NCBI RefSeq assembly: GCF_003918875.1
Contig: NW_025767293.1
Location: forward strand, 186,001-250,000
Direction: 5' to 3'
Length of the DNA stretch: 64,000 nt
Origin: Haliotis rubra
Taxonomy: Eukaryota
Below, piece by piece: positions 1-13,300 of the stretch. How positions within the stretch are numbered: position 1 is the stretch's first letter; every line of letters begins with the position of its first letter. Below the pieces are notes generated by a model that made no database searches, was not told the DNA's origin, and was given only the letters and a program-made list of their open reading frames with translations. The position numbers were made by a program, and so were the translations under genes.

Positions 1-199
1 TTGGAAAAAGACCTCAAAATTCCGAGTCAAAAGGCAAAATTGGAACTATTTTCATGTCGACATTTTACAATATAACCGAAACTGAAATACACCTTGTTTT
101 AACTGCGACTAAATAAGTTTCCATTTTTGCTGTGAAGCAGCATTAAATAAATGTCCATGCCGAGATGAAGTAGTAATGGAAACACATTGATATTTATAG

Positions 200-415
200 G
201 CAGATACAGATACCCATTTTAATTTTATACCCCCAGGAAACATTGCTCTTTTCTTGACAGAGTTACGGTCAAGCACGTCTTGCTTGACTGTGTTGAGTTT
301 TCCAACACAAGGATAAACATTTCAAAATGAAAACAGTAAAGGATCTTTTAGCAATGTTGGTTATCCTTTAATATTATCCTTTTTAAAAGAAATTGAATTA
401 TTTGATGAATTTTGA
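200..415 (+). mobile_element. 3' fragment of an I/Nimb-type LINE ORF2 (C-terminal zinc-finger region), degenerate
   Basis: Translates across a frameshift to ...TVKHVLLDCVEFSNTR..HFKMKTVKDL..NVGYPLILSFLKEIELFDEF*, the TVKH(I/V)LxxC motif typical of I-group LINE C-termini. Confidence 0.7.
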
Positions 416-774
416 TGTAACTGTCTTCGTTTTATATATTGGTAGGATATGATTATGAACTGAGATTGTCAGTGGCTGTGCCCTTGATGGGGACTGAAGC
501 ATTGTAAACTTATTGTCCCCCGGAGAGGGTATATAAGACCATGTCTTTCAAAGTGTTCTTATAACTACCTGAATTTTAAAAGTGATGAATAATTGTTCAG
601 TTTTAATCTCTGGCTAAACCTTCGACAACCGCCAGTAACTAGTGAAAGGTGTATCCTCCCAGGGAACCATGTAGGTAGCAGAGGTACCGTAAGTCCCCAT
701 GGTCCCCTGTATGGTGTCCTTAACTGTGTTGCTGGCGTCCTCTAGCCCCATTTGTATCATTTTTGTCAAATACA

Positions 775-922
775 CAGTTTTAATGTTCTATAACCAGTTT
801 TAATGTTCTATAACCAGTTTTAATGTTCTATAACCAGTTTTAATGTTCTATAACCAGTTTTAATGTTCTATAACCAGTTTTAATGTTCTATAACCAGTTT
901 TAATGTTCTATAACCAGTTTTA
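775..922. repeat. 20-bp tandem repeat, about 7 copies
   Basis: Unit cagttttaatgttctataac repeated perfectly. Confidence 0.95.
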
Positions 923-993
923 AAAACAAATATGTTATATATTGCTGGATGGGTTATTTTCTGTCCATCAATGACGGTTTTTAAAATTATCGT

Positions 994-996
<3 letters not shown>

Positions 997-1034
<38 letters not shown>
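997..1034. repeat. (CA)n microsatellite
   Basis: Seen directly. Confidence 0.95.
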
Positions 1035-1038
<4 letters not shown>

Positions 1039-1509
1039 CCCATGACTTTTGCTTTGTCCAAATTAATATCTACACAATAATTAATACAGACTGGTATTCT
1101 TCTAACACATCTGTGCGCTCCTGGAGTCCCCATATACTATCACCAGCCAGCTTTAGACTCAATTTCCCCATAATATTCACACCAATACGTTAACCGTTCT
1201 GTTCTATATAGAAGCATACAGCTTACTCATGACACTAAGAACTGATATATCGCTGTGTGACGGACAATTCATGTCTCCTCACTTATGTACTGGAACAATA
1301 AGCAAGTCCAAGACACAAGCAAGTAAAAGTTTTACAAACATTTTTAAATAACACTGAATAACTGAATAAACATATCATTAGCATTTTTTGAAAAATTCTG
1401 AACTGAGGAAGCCATTACCTGAAGAGATACAATTTAAAGCTAACATTGCACACTACACTTATTTCTGTGTGGAAGGCATGTCCAAAATAGGACAAAACAT
1501 GTACTGATT

Positions 1510-1722
1510 TTGTTTGTTTGTTGTTTAACGACGCGCACAGCATTATTCCAGCTATATGGCGGCACCAGTCAATCCAATGATCAACGGCATGAGCATCGAT
1601 CTAAGCAATTAGTTACGATGATATGTCTCAACCATGTCAGCGAATCTGACCACCCGATCCCGTTGGTTGTCTCTCACGACAAGTATGGGTAGCTGAAGAC
1701 CAAATCTGACCCGGATCTTCAT
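1510..1722 (-). mobile_element. SINE family B copy (internally deleted)
   Basis: Matches the reverse complement of the copies at 8937 and 28226. Confidence 0.85.
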
Positions 1723-2078
1723 AAGTGATATCTTTATTATCCATTTCAGCCATGTCTGAAATACTGGCCTCAATATCAGCCGTCAAGAGTATAAAAACAT
1801 CTTCAAAATGATCCTATCATTGTCCTAATCATATATTTGGAAGACAAGTAGCCACATCACCAGATACACAAAAGCATTTGATATTTGGATGATTGGATAC
1901 AATCCTGACACATATATATAGTCATCATATTTATATTGTTCTGACTCAGTAAGCTTGTATATGTATTTTCAGAATCCAGTCACACACATACGTTGCCACA
2001 TAGACACTGATTAACTGGCTTCTGTGTAACCAAGAAGAAGTTACGTTGTTCTTTCAACAATATAAAATGAGAACTTAC

Positions 2079-2145
2079 CATGAGTTGGAAGACAGAGCTG
2101 CCAAAGGTATAGAACAATACAGAGAAACACACGCGTGTAGTCCAT
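2079..2145 (-). CDS. First coding exon (signal peptide) of a secreted/membrane protein gene, probably continuing left of the window
   Basis: ATG at 2145; MDYTRVFLCIVLYLWQLCLPTH then G|gtaagt. Phase-1 donor, same layout as exon 1 of the EGF gene. Confidence 0.7.
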
Positions 2146-3327
2146 TGTTACTTCACGTGTCCGTGCTTCCCACCAACTGACAACATCACATCAGGGAAGT
2201 AAGTATTACATACACTTGTGACATGAGTAACTTGGCTATATCTATGTCTCCAACACTGTCAACAGTGAAGCGTATTGGATAATTAGCGTTTGATTAGTTT
2301 ACATACATACATTCAGATACACTGGACTTGGAATGGTTGGAAAATACCTCCGAAACGACGTGTTATTCACAATAAAGAAGTTGACATCCATAAATCTTAC
2401 TTTTCTTATGTATACCACTTCTAAATGCCCTTCAGAAATTATAGCTTTTTGATTAGTTTATTTACATTTAGATCCATTGGAAATGGAATGTTTGAAGCTC
2501 CTTAAGCATAACTATACAGTGCATATAAGGAATAGTAATGCCCCGTGTATTTCGACATTTAAAATTATTTGAGGAAAATTATCTTGGTAATAATCGTACA
2601 TTCGCTTATGTAATGTACAATGTTTCCATGTGACTGCTGTATGTTTGGTCAAAGGGAGGTAATTCGCACTGGGATGCAATCCCTTGTACTTACTATCAAA
2701 CACAATTAAAACTATTGAAAAGAAACGGTTGTTCACCGATGTTAAGAAAGCATATCTGTGTATCATGGTGATAAGAAACTTTTAATGTATTATGTAATCT
2801 CGTATTGTTTGTCATCAAGCAATCAATTTGGCTCCATGATGGGAGTAAGGAGTACCAGTGTATTAGACACGAAGCACTCTACGGATATAGCGTTTGAAAT
2901 CATTGAATGACATTATACAATTTACGCAACTATGGTTAATTACAAATGACAGAACAGAACAATTTATCCTCGAAAACCCACCCCAATCAAACCGACTTGG
3001 CAATTGCTACAGGTGGAAAAGACCTACACATCCCATTACCCGATTCATACATGTTACGCTTACTGCCATTTTGTCTTGTAGGACCAATGAAAATTTTGTT
3101 TTGTCGGATAATCGAAGCTACACATTATCATTCCACTATACATTAACGTATAATGATACATCATGTCGAGTTTGCCATAACACATATTAAGGATATGGGA
3201 AATTATTCACAGGCTTGGTGCATTTGCTAATAATATTTCTTTTATCACAATCATTAGTGAGACGTATTTTTGTTCAAATTTCTACCACGGATACAAATAT
3301 AGGTTCTGGTAATTTTAGAGTTTTAGA

Positions 3328-3486
3328 CTGACTGACTGACTGACGCCGCTTTTAGCAATATTCCAGCAATATCACGGCGGGGTACACCAGAAATGGGCTT
3401 AACACATTGTACCCATGTGGGGAATCGAACCCGGGTCTTCGGCGTAACGAGCCAACGCTTTAACCACTAGGCTACCCCATCGCCCC
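3328..3486 (-). mobile_element. SINE family A (tRNA-derived head)
   Basis: A-box/B-box head (gggttcgattcccc), (cagt)n tail, target-site duplication ttagagttttaga on both sides. Confidence 0.9.
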
Positions 3487-3585
3487 TTAGAGTTTTAGAA
3501 GGAATATAAATATACGAAAGAAAGAATAGAAACTCATGGAGAGCAACGTCTTCGTGGTGAGTGATGGGTAACGGTAAATTCTCTT

Positions 3586-3840
3586 CCACCCCAGGGACCC
3601 CGGGTAGAATCTGTCCTGAGCACTTCATTGCTGGTGGTAAAGGGCGACTGAATTGGGCGACACTGTGTGTTTGCGATCATGTTGGTGGTTGACAGACGTA
3701 TGGTGGCTGAGGGCACAGGGGCCGGGAACCGATTTCATTTTGACCAACACACCACTTCGACCCTGGCTTTAACTGGGCAGGTGGTGATATGGGCCCAGTT
3801 CTATCAATCGGCTGCTCATATCATGCTCTGTGCCACTATA
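3586..3840 (+). mobile_element. Diverged relative of the SINE-B head (probable retroelement 5' end)
   Basis: gggtagaat...ttgctggtggtaaagggcgactgaa aligns to the SINE-B head gggttagaat...tgcttgtcgtaagaggcgactaa. Confidence 0.5.
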
Positions 3841-4528
3841 AAATGTTGCACAAAATTATTTCAAAAATGCTTTTTCAGTCTTATCCATATGATGTTTAAC
3901 TTCAAATCTTAAATGCATGCTCTCAGCTTTGTTGTATGCCCGCCCAGTGTCGTGTGGCTAGAAAGTGGTGGCGCAAAGGCCAACCTCGTGGCAAAATTAC
4001 TATCATTTCAGTTCCTTTCTGTTGGAGTATATTATCTGAACATCCTTAGTGCTGCACGTCTGTGATCTACTTGTTTTATCATTGTCTTTATGATACTCCA
4101 TCGTAGGTGCGTAGCTCAGATAATGAGACATACTCAAAGTGGTATTGTTTGTGTTTCTGTTCTCAGTAAAAGCATACTCATAGGAAGACACATTCATGAT
4201 TTAACAATTTGGAAACCTAATTATAAATCTCGGTTGTTTGTAGGGTACACTCTTACGATGTTTAACAATACATTTACACATCCCTTCGAACAAGATCTAC
4301 TCGGATGTTGAGAGTGGATGAATCATAGCTGTAATAATCTGATGACATCACTTCAGTTGCCTTATATTTAACTTAGGTCAGAAATAAATGTAATAAATAT
4401 AGATGTCAGCTGATAGGAAACAGGGACGCACCAAATGATGCGGGCCTCATACGTTTGCTAATTTGGAAAAAAACCCACCACAGTCAAGGTTCGGGGAGAG
4501 GAAGGACAGTGAGTGAGTGAAAAGAGAA

Positions 4529-4736
4529 AGAAAGAGAAATAACAAAGACAAGTGTAAGGCAACGTATATCCATCTGTTGTTTCACACTGAATGTCCAACA
4601 TGGTCGGTGTTTCCAGTGCTTTGAACAATTTCCTTATGTAGTGATCGCCCCCGAACACTGTGTCAGGGGCCAGTGTTAAGGAAATATAAAGCTCAGTCGA
4701 AACCGTCTCATTAATACATTGACATGTGGTAGTGAA
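4529..4736. repeat. About 200-bp duplicated element, copy 1 (copy 2 at 33445-33645)
   Basis: Near-identical sequence apart from a small indel. Confidence 0.9.
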
Positions 4737-7093
4737 AGACAGTGAGTGAGTGAGTGAGTGAGTCTTCACAGCAATGGTTTCATCATTGTTACTGGACTGA
4801 TAACTGTGTATAAGAGTGTATGATGACTGTCCTGTGTAAGACATTCCGGTTATGGCCTTTTATTCACCACTCAGACATTCCCCTTTGTGTCATCTTCATA
4901 GGGAATTAAGAAACACTGAAAGAGGATTTATAAACCCACTTTTTCACGTTTTAAGGGTGATCCAGTCCTCACGATGGAATTCAATTATTTATAACCATTG
5001 CAGCAAATTCCTTTGAAAATAAACAGTGGCATGCTGTAATTCATTATCTCAAAGGGTGCATCACTCATATGTATGAGTAGATTAGTTATATGAAAAATGG
5101 ACAACAGCTTCATGAATGTTTAATATACCAAATCAATTCATTACATACATATTGTTACTTACGTACAGTAGTTACTATGATCAAAGTACCATATTACTTC
5201 AGCGAATAAATCAATATACATGTTGCTTTATTACGGACACTGACTGTAACATATATCATAAAAATGTGTTTATGAATGTAATTGTGTCAAATAAATTTGA
5301 TATTTCAGGTGGCCACTAAGTGATGAGTGTTTCCTGCACCGCCGGTGTTGTTACAAACACGTGCAAAGTCAAGTCAGTTGTTCACAAGAAATATACAACG
5401 CTCTAACACGCTCTGTATTATCATTGAACTGTGAATATAAAACATGCGGATGGTACTTGTACAAGGAAGAAGTCTTATGATTATTGACATGATTATTGTC
5501 GATGCTACAGGACTTACCAACGCTCAACACCAGCAAGCATCTAAAACAAACGCCTCGATGTTAAGCACTGGTATGTTACTGATAAGGTAACGTCTAAACA
5601 TTGAAATGGTTAGTTACTGGTCCGAGGCTTGGATCACCGAGGACTAACCATTTGAATATTTCAGACACTATGGCCTGTTAACCTACTTAAAGCATGACCA
5701 ACATTCAAAGATTATTAGCACCTAAGATTGCCCCCTTTGCCTTTTCTACGTTCTTGTATACCCCGTCAACGCTGGTTATGACATGCACGTCTAGGTGCAA
5801 ATAAACATTCCATACTGGTCAACAGGAGCACATTTATCAATCATATAAGTTCTTGTAGATTTATAATAATAATTATCTGTATTTAGTGAATTAAGGCCGA
5901 GGGGTTATCCTTTCACCACCTTGATCACAATCACGCACCATATGTTATGAGATACGACTATTTTCAGGGATATAAATTTATAACCTACACCAAGCTCGAT
6001 CGTTCATCCAGTATCATTTAAGTCCCGTGCGATCTGTACACCATCCAGGTAACCACATGCAAAGCAATGTTCAGTCCCGTTACCCTTGTCTCGGCTCTAC
6101 CGCGCTGGCACACCCTGTCAATACTAAATATCTGTGTTAAAGTACATGTACTCTACACTAGCTAACTGATGCGGGGCTACTAAGATAGCATTTAGAACAC
6201 TAAACTAATTATTTAGCTATACTAAACAAATAATTCAGCTGATACTTAATCCCATTCTTAGTTTCACAGCAGCGGTGCCACCAGTGTGCCCTGGTTGTGC
6301 GTTGACATCTGGTCTGTTGAGCTACTACACTACTACTCCATGCAGGTCTCTCAACGTCCCGCTCCCCACCCCACTAACCACCCACTAACCACCCACACAT
6401 CACACACACCCCAACCTTCGTGTCATGTCCAGTTTGGAAGCCTTGCACAGAAACTTGCTACACATACAAAACCTCAAACACGACTGCTATATAAATAACC
6501 ATGAATTTTGGCAGTCAGACGTATCGTGAACCTCTTATTTTGCAGAATATTAGGATATTGGGACTGATATATGGTACAAGAAAGCTGGTGGATGAGTCCA
6601 AGGTTAAAATTCGGATTCTACATAGTCAAAAATGTACGATTTGACATCAAGATAGTTCAATCGAACAGGTCTCAGCAATTTTATTGCGAAATGCAACATT
6701 TCTTTATATTCAATGGCGGCCGTCTTGAAAAATGGTGGCCATCTTGAAGTTTAAGTGGGCTAACGGGTTTTATCAAAACAGCAATCCCACAGAAGTATGT
6801 GTGCCAATTTTGGTGCTTGTTTCCGGAAGTGAAGGATTCTCTTGAAATTTTCAGTTATCTGCTCCACTAATAAAAGATTGGCTCTGCAAATGTTCAATAC
6901 ACATGCAGATTATGTGGCATGATAATATCGCCTTGGTTATTATTTGTGGTGCTTTTCTTTCCAAATGATAGTGTATTCTCATTTGGGAAGTGTTAAGGTA
7001 CAACTACATCAAAGCTTTAGGCGCCATGGCATCCTGCGGCGTCTGTAGCGGCAAAGCAGCTGCAGGGCATGTGCTTGAGAAGAAGCATTGAGT

Positions 7094-7099
7094 TTTATT
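7094..7099 (-). promoter_or_regulatory. Polyadenylation signal AATAAA of the EGF-repeat gene
   Basis: tttatt on the plus strand, about 155 nt after the stop at 7254. Confidence 0.6.
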
Positions 7100-7253
7100 G
7101 GGCTTTGAGTGTCCACCAATTTAAAGGTATTTCTAAACCAACTGGAAAACAGTCCAACTGTTCACAGCCAGAAAGACAGCAGGATTGCCTCTGAAGATTG
7201 CTCTGGTCTCTGATTATGGTTTATGCTCTGCTAATGATCTGTGGCTCTCATCA

Positions 7254-7383
7254 TTATTCAGGACTGTTTCCCGGTTGTTGTTCGACGCTAGGAGGTCCCT
7301 GTGACCCTTGTTCTGAAGGGGGTTTGTTATTAGAGGTCCCTTCCGTCTTTCTTGACCTTGCACACAATGACTCAAGTGATTTT
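7254..7383 (-). CDS. EGF gene exon 14 (cytoplasmic tail, stop)
   Basis: Acceptor tcctttcag, phase 2; (R)KSLESLCARSRKTEGTSNNKPPSEQGSQGPPSVEQQPGNSPE*; AATAAA downstream. Confidence 0.72.
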
Positions 7384-10300
7384 CTGAAAGGATAAACAGA
7401 TGCTGTTGCAGTTTATGGCTATCTACTTGTAAGGGGAACAGGTGATGTAGGTTCCACTACACTAAATCAGAATCACATGTTCAATGAGCGAGTAGTGTAT
7501 GTAAACATCTGAAGTAATAGCGACATGTGACAGCTGTGATTGGATGAAATAGTGTAAGAATTTTTATGTTTTTTAAAAGCACAATGTCATCCATCCAGTA
7601 ATTTAAACTGACCGTGATTTTAAGTATTCAGTGCTGTCATTTTTATCAGCATGATTTGTGCTTATTGTGTGTACAGATATTTTCAAATAGGTGACATTTT
7701 GGGCGGAACAGGGGTTGGTGTGTTCCGCTTCCTGTGCTCGGAAAATTGGCAGGCTAAGTTAGCCGGAATTAGTCTTTTTATTGTAGTTTAAAGGCCAGAC
7801 TGATGTGTACATGGAATGGATGTTGACAGCCTGGGTGATTTTAAAAAAAATATAACTTTACTGACTGACTGAGTTTGGTTTTACGCCGGTTTTAGCAATA
7901 TTCCAGCAACATCACGGCGGGGGACACCAGAATGGGCTTCACACATTGTACCCATGTGGGGAATCGAATCCGGGTCTTCTGCGTGACGAGCCAACGCTAT
8001 AACCATTAGGCTACCCCACCGCCCATAACTTTACTATAGAAGTCTGTGGGAAAACATTTGGTGTTGTGTAACCTCTAGTCGTGTTAGGCACCGCAATGCG
8101 ATGTGCAGAGTTGCGTCCCTTGGGCACGCCAGTTCGCCCTGGTAATGTTTCGAGGATCGTACTGTTGTCTTGTAAACGTGGTAAACGTTTCAGATTGTTG
8201 GTTGGACTCAAGTGGTAAACATCTTCTGTCCTTCCACTTGATGCTGACACGTTGGGATATCTGAGATACTGTTCAAGCGGGGTAACTCACTCACTCACGC
8301 AGGTGTTACAATACCCGGAGTGGTTCTGAAGTGCAGGTTAGATAATGAATGTGACTGAATCAATTACTGGTGTTCCGGGTTGTGCATACGTCTACTGTTA
8401 TATGCAGTGTCTGTACATACTGGCAGTATATATCTTCTACTCTACATAATGTATATGGTTTTTCATTCCGTACTCTCACCTGTTCAGACAAGCCAGAAAA
8501 CCGAAAGTCAGAACCACGATTATTATGATCCAGACCCAGAAGAATAGTTTTGGAGAGGCTATATCTTGCTCTTCATGTTCCACGAGCTCGGTGTCTGTGA
8601 AAAAGGAGTCACTTGCACAAATAAGTAATTATTATCAACAACATTACTTGGATCTCACTCATCATTACAACTTGAAAAAATATGGCTTTGTCTACAACAC
8701 ACTACTTAAAATGTAGAGCTGGTGTTATTAGATTATAGACGGACGACTGGCTAGATATACTGGACATGATTGTGTTGACATGGGTCATATTACGGGACAC
8801 AGAAATGAAGCTTTCTTGTTTCCCATCTCCGTGTGATCTAAAATGTCATTTTGATACTAGAATGATGGCATTCATAGAATGATGCATTCATACTTAGCGG
8901 AAATTTTCCAGACCAAACTATTTACATGCTGCTGTCCCCACGAAGGTCCGGGTTAGAATATTGGTCTTCAGCAACCCACGCTTGTCGTAAGAGGCGACTA
9001 ACGGGATCGGGTGGTCAGGCGTACTGACTTGGTTGACACATGTCATCGGTTCCCAGTTACACAGAGCAATGTTCATGCTGTAGATCACTGTATAGTCTGG
9101 TCCAGACTTGATTATTTACAGACCGCCGCCATATAGCTGGAATATTGCTGAGTGTGGTGTCAAACTAAACTCACTCACTCACTCATGCTACCGTCATATA
9201 GTTTGAATACTAATGACTGCGGTGTTAACAAATAAACACGCACGAAAACTAACTAACCTACGACTGGTAGCAATACACATATTTCCCAGTTGTAACATGT
9301 AGAAGCGAAGCGAGTATTGTGACGATCAGTATTGTGACGATCAGTATTGTGACAGATTTTATGGTTATTCTAGCAGAGTCAACAAGAACTGGCTAACCAC
9401 TTATACCAATATGGGAAATCGAGCGATGATCTTTACTTATGATGTAAATGTTTTAACATATAGATACACATGCCACACATCAAGTAAGAATCCGGACACC
9501 GGGGTTCTCTCTCCGACTTTATGTATGTCTCAAGCTTCACTTATATATAACCGGGACATAAAATTATAAAATTGTTTAATATTTAAATTAAAAATGACCG
9601 ATGATTAAACTCTCAACATGACGTCATTATTTCGTAAATCATGCAAGGAGTAACTTTCAGCTTACGCTCTTCACAACGGGGACCTGTCCATCCATCTTTA
9701 CACTGGCTGTTGCAGTCACCGGTGACGTGGTGGCAGGACCCTGGTGTACATCCTCTACTACACAACCCTGAACAGTTTCGTCCGTATGTTCCGTCAATAC
9801 AAACTGCAGATGCAATGTGGTACATTGTAATAACTGCATCTGCTATATCATTATATACTACATATGGAAATGCTGCACACAACTCTCATTTCAGATATAG
9901 AATACCCATTGTAAACGATTGAAAAACACCAGAGGAAATAAAACGCTAAAACAAGTAGCAGACTACGGTGTGAACCGAACACCGGGCACCATACAGACTG
10001 ATAATAAAACCTCACTGTGTTCACATCTCCGACCTGTCCATCCGTCTTTACATTGATAGTTGCAGTCACCAGTGATGTGGTGGCAGGTCCCCGGTTTACA
10101 TCCTGGGTTACACTTCTGTGCACAGTCTCGTCCAAATGTTCCCGCATCACAGACTGAAAATGATGTACAGACATAGAGACAAACTGCCACATAACGCTGT
10201 TTAAGTGCCGGCAAACCATGACAATAAGAAGACGGAGGTCCATATAAGAGTAATCAAATAAATGCAATTGGAAAAGAAATACTAAAAAGCTTAACCCAGT

Positions 10301-13300
10301 TTACAATGAATATATGTATGGAAGGTATTTTATCTCTCATACATTTGAATTAAATCACTGCAACCATGTCATTGTCATTGTGGAACCATTTCGTTAATAG
10401 CGCTGACCGTGTCCATTTTTTTTGCCTCTATCCACTGAGTAACACCTGTTGAGATATTACCGTCTAACTGAAATATTTAAATTGACGCTGGTACCCACCG
10501 GATTGATGACGAAAACGTACTTTGTTTACATCGCTGCCCATTCCATCCGTCCTGGCACTGGTTGTCACAGTCACCTGTGACGTGGTGGCAAGACTCTGGT
10601 AAACACGTGGTACACGTCTGTGTACACTCATGTCCATATGTTCCGTCATTACAAGCTGCAGATGAAGCAATGAAACCCTGTGAAACAAGTGTTCACTGTA
10701 AGCAGTACAAGCTGCATCAGAAGCAATGGCACTCTGTGATACAAGTGTTCACTGTAAGCAGTGCAAGGTGCATCAGAAGCCATGGCACTCTGTGATACAA
10801 GTGTTCACTGTAAGCAGTGCAAGGTGCATCAGAAGCAATGGCACTCTGTGATACAAGTGTTCACTGTAAGCAGTGCAAGGTGCATCAGAAGCCATGGCAC
10901 TCTGTGAAACAAGTGTTCACTGTAAGCAGTACAAGCTGCATCAGAAGCCATGGCACTCTGTGATACAAGTGTTCACTGTAAGCAGTGCAAGGTGCATCAG
11001 AAGCCATGGCACTCTGTGATACAAGTGTTCACTGTAAGCAGTACAAGCTGCATCAGAAGCCATGGCACTCTGTGAAACAAGTGTTCACTGTAAGCAGTGC
11101 AAGGTGCATCAGAAGCCATGGCACTCTGTGATAAACAAGTGTACAAGCTGTCAGAAGCCATGGCACTATTGCAAGTGTTTATAAAAATGCATCAGAAGCC
11201 TGCGGACAACTGCGGACAGCTCGTATATTGTGTGTCGGAGAAATGTTGTCAACGATTTCCCCATATATGTCTTCTGTTAAATGCCTAGGTCACTGGATGG
11301 TCTCTGCTGGATGTAAAGAATGTAGGAATCTGCAAACGATGCTATTGCAGCAGCAGAAACGTATTTTCGTCTCGCAAGATGGAAAATTGTTTATATAACA
11401 ATATAGAGACTTCTTTAACTGAAGTATAGTACTATTTTGGGGGCAAGATAGTTTTTAAAAACTTAGGGGGATCCAAATTGTTTTGACATCCAACTTACCA
11501 GCTGACACGAAAAGGTCCAGGTATATCTATAAGCTGTTACCATACAATTCTTTAGATGTCAGCGCGATGTTATACCCGTCATCGGGCTTTATAATTAAAC
11601 ACACATTCACAGACGAGGAAGTGAACTTTACACCCATTGTATACATAAGAACTAGCATTCATCAGAGGAACTACCTTTGAACCTTTGTTTTTTCATTTAG
11701 GACTCATAGCAAAAAGTGGTCAAATAGAGATTAATGAGCTACTGTGACTACTGTAATGCTGTATTCTGTGTATCATTGCTGTCTGTACTTATCGAATTAT
11801 TAGTGTTTAACCTTTTATGTACACTCGTGTGCCATGCTGGAAAACAGCATGTTCTCTCATTCTGGAACAGTTCGTGTTCTTGTAATTAGGTGGTTTCTGT
11901 GTGTGTAGCTATTAGTCAGAAATGTCAAAATCAATATCTTTATGTCACGAGTTGATTCATGTAACCAAAATTAAATAAAACAAGAATTACATAACACAAC
12001 AATAATTATTCAAACACCACATGTATATCAGTTCCGTAATTTCAAGCTTAAATCTCAAACATGTCTGCTTTACACAATCTCCAAAATACACACACTATCT
12101 TGTTTTTAAAGCATTAAACCTGGCAATTTATATACAGCTGTAGGAAACAGTTCAAAATGCATTTGGGGATTTAGTTCAAACATGACGATTTTTGCATTTT
12201 CAAGGTTTGTAACAAATATCATATGTCCATTTATCTCATTTAATCTTTTAGACATGCGCAGAATATCACTATGAACAGTGTCTGCACATATAGTTTGTAT
12301 GCTGTATATATTCAAGACAACTGACTCAAATTAACAGTACTCTGATGTTGACTAACGTGAGCAGCTATATGATACAAACACTGACAACGGTACGTTAAAA
12401 CTTAACTCAGTGACACTGTACGACATACTTGATGTGCAGTTGGTTCCTGTCCAGCCAACCCTACATGTGCAGCTTCCATCAGTAGCGTTACAGATTCCTC
12501 CCTGACACCCAGCTGCACACCCCGTACAGTTTTGTCCGTCCATGTAAAAGCCGTCCTTGCATTCTGGAATGATATAGTAAAAGATAATTGCTTCAGTTCT
12601 ATGGTAATGACAAAATCAGGTCTATATGAAGATACCATCCTCATCCTGACTTTCGCTAACACCCGGTGTCATCACTAATTGTTGTTGATGATGATGATTT
12701 TTACGCTCATGATAATTTTTACGACTCTTTCACCTTTTATGCCTTTGAAATCTGTTTTGATGTGCACTGAAGCTGTTATTCTCAGGCGTTAACGTTTAAC
12801 AATTGTTCTGTTCTTGTGTGACTATGTATGATATTGTCGGGCGTACGGCATAGAATATATGTCAGTCTCGGACAGATCGTAAAGGTCTACTGCATATGGT
12901 TGTGTTGACAATGTTTGATTAGTTGTCAAAAAACGTCATGACTTTACATACCATTATGGATGAACAACTTCTTTATTACTACTCTAACTTTTTAATGAAA
13001 GAAGTTTACATACCATTGCAGTTACTTCCTGTCCAGCCATCTCGACAGCTACAGCTACCGTTGGCCACGTTGCATGTCTCCCTAACACATCCAGCCCCGC
13101 AGTCCACACAACTGTCTCCGTCCACGTAGAACCCGTCTCCGCACACTGGGGAACAAAGCGTTGTTGTGATCTAGGTGAGGAGACTCACGTTGGAGCACAG
13201 GAAACATTTTCTTTGACATACCTCATGTGGACATTTCGATATTTGACAAATGCCTCGTCAGCATAACATGCTTTCAAACATGCTTCTCTGATTCCTATGG

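Noticed and set aside
1378-1419. Second exon for the gene starting at 2145
   Set aside because: The acceptor is plausible but the frame stops after about 13 codons with no good donor or nearby poly(A) signal.
4458-4844. 128-aa ORF as a gene
   Set aside because: It runs through a microsatellite and the duplicated element, the second copy is frameshifted, and there is no recognisable domain.
6540-6870. Possible DNA-transposon end (atggcggcc/gccatcttg repeats, terminal tagtggagcag)
   Set aside because: It looks repetitive, but no partner TIR or second copy is in the window, so it cannot be classified.
10651-11200. Regular repeats as a CRISPR array (also 25154-25569 and 43705-45640)
   Set aside because: Head-to-tail units with no unique spacers, no cas genes, eukaryotic context.
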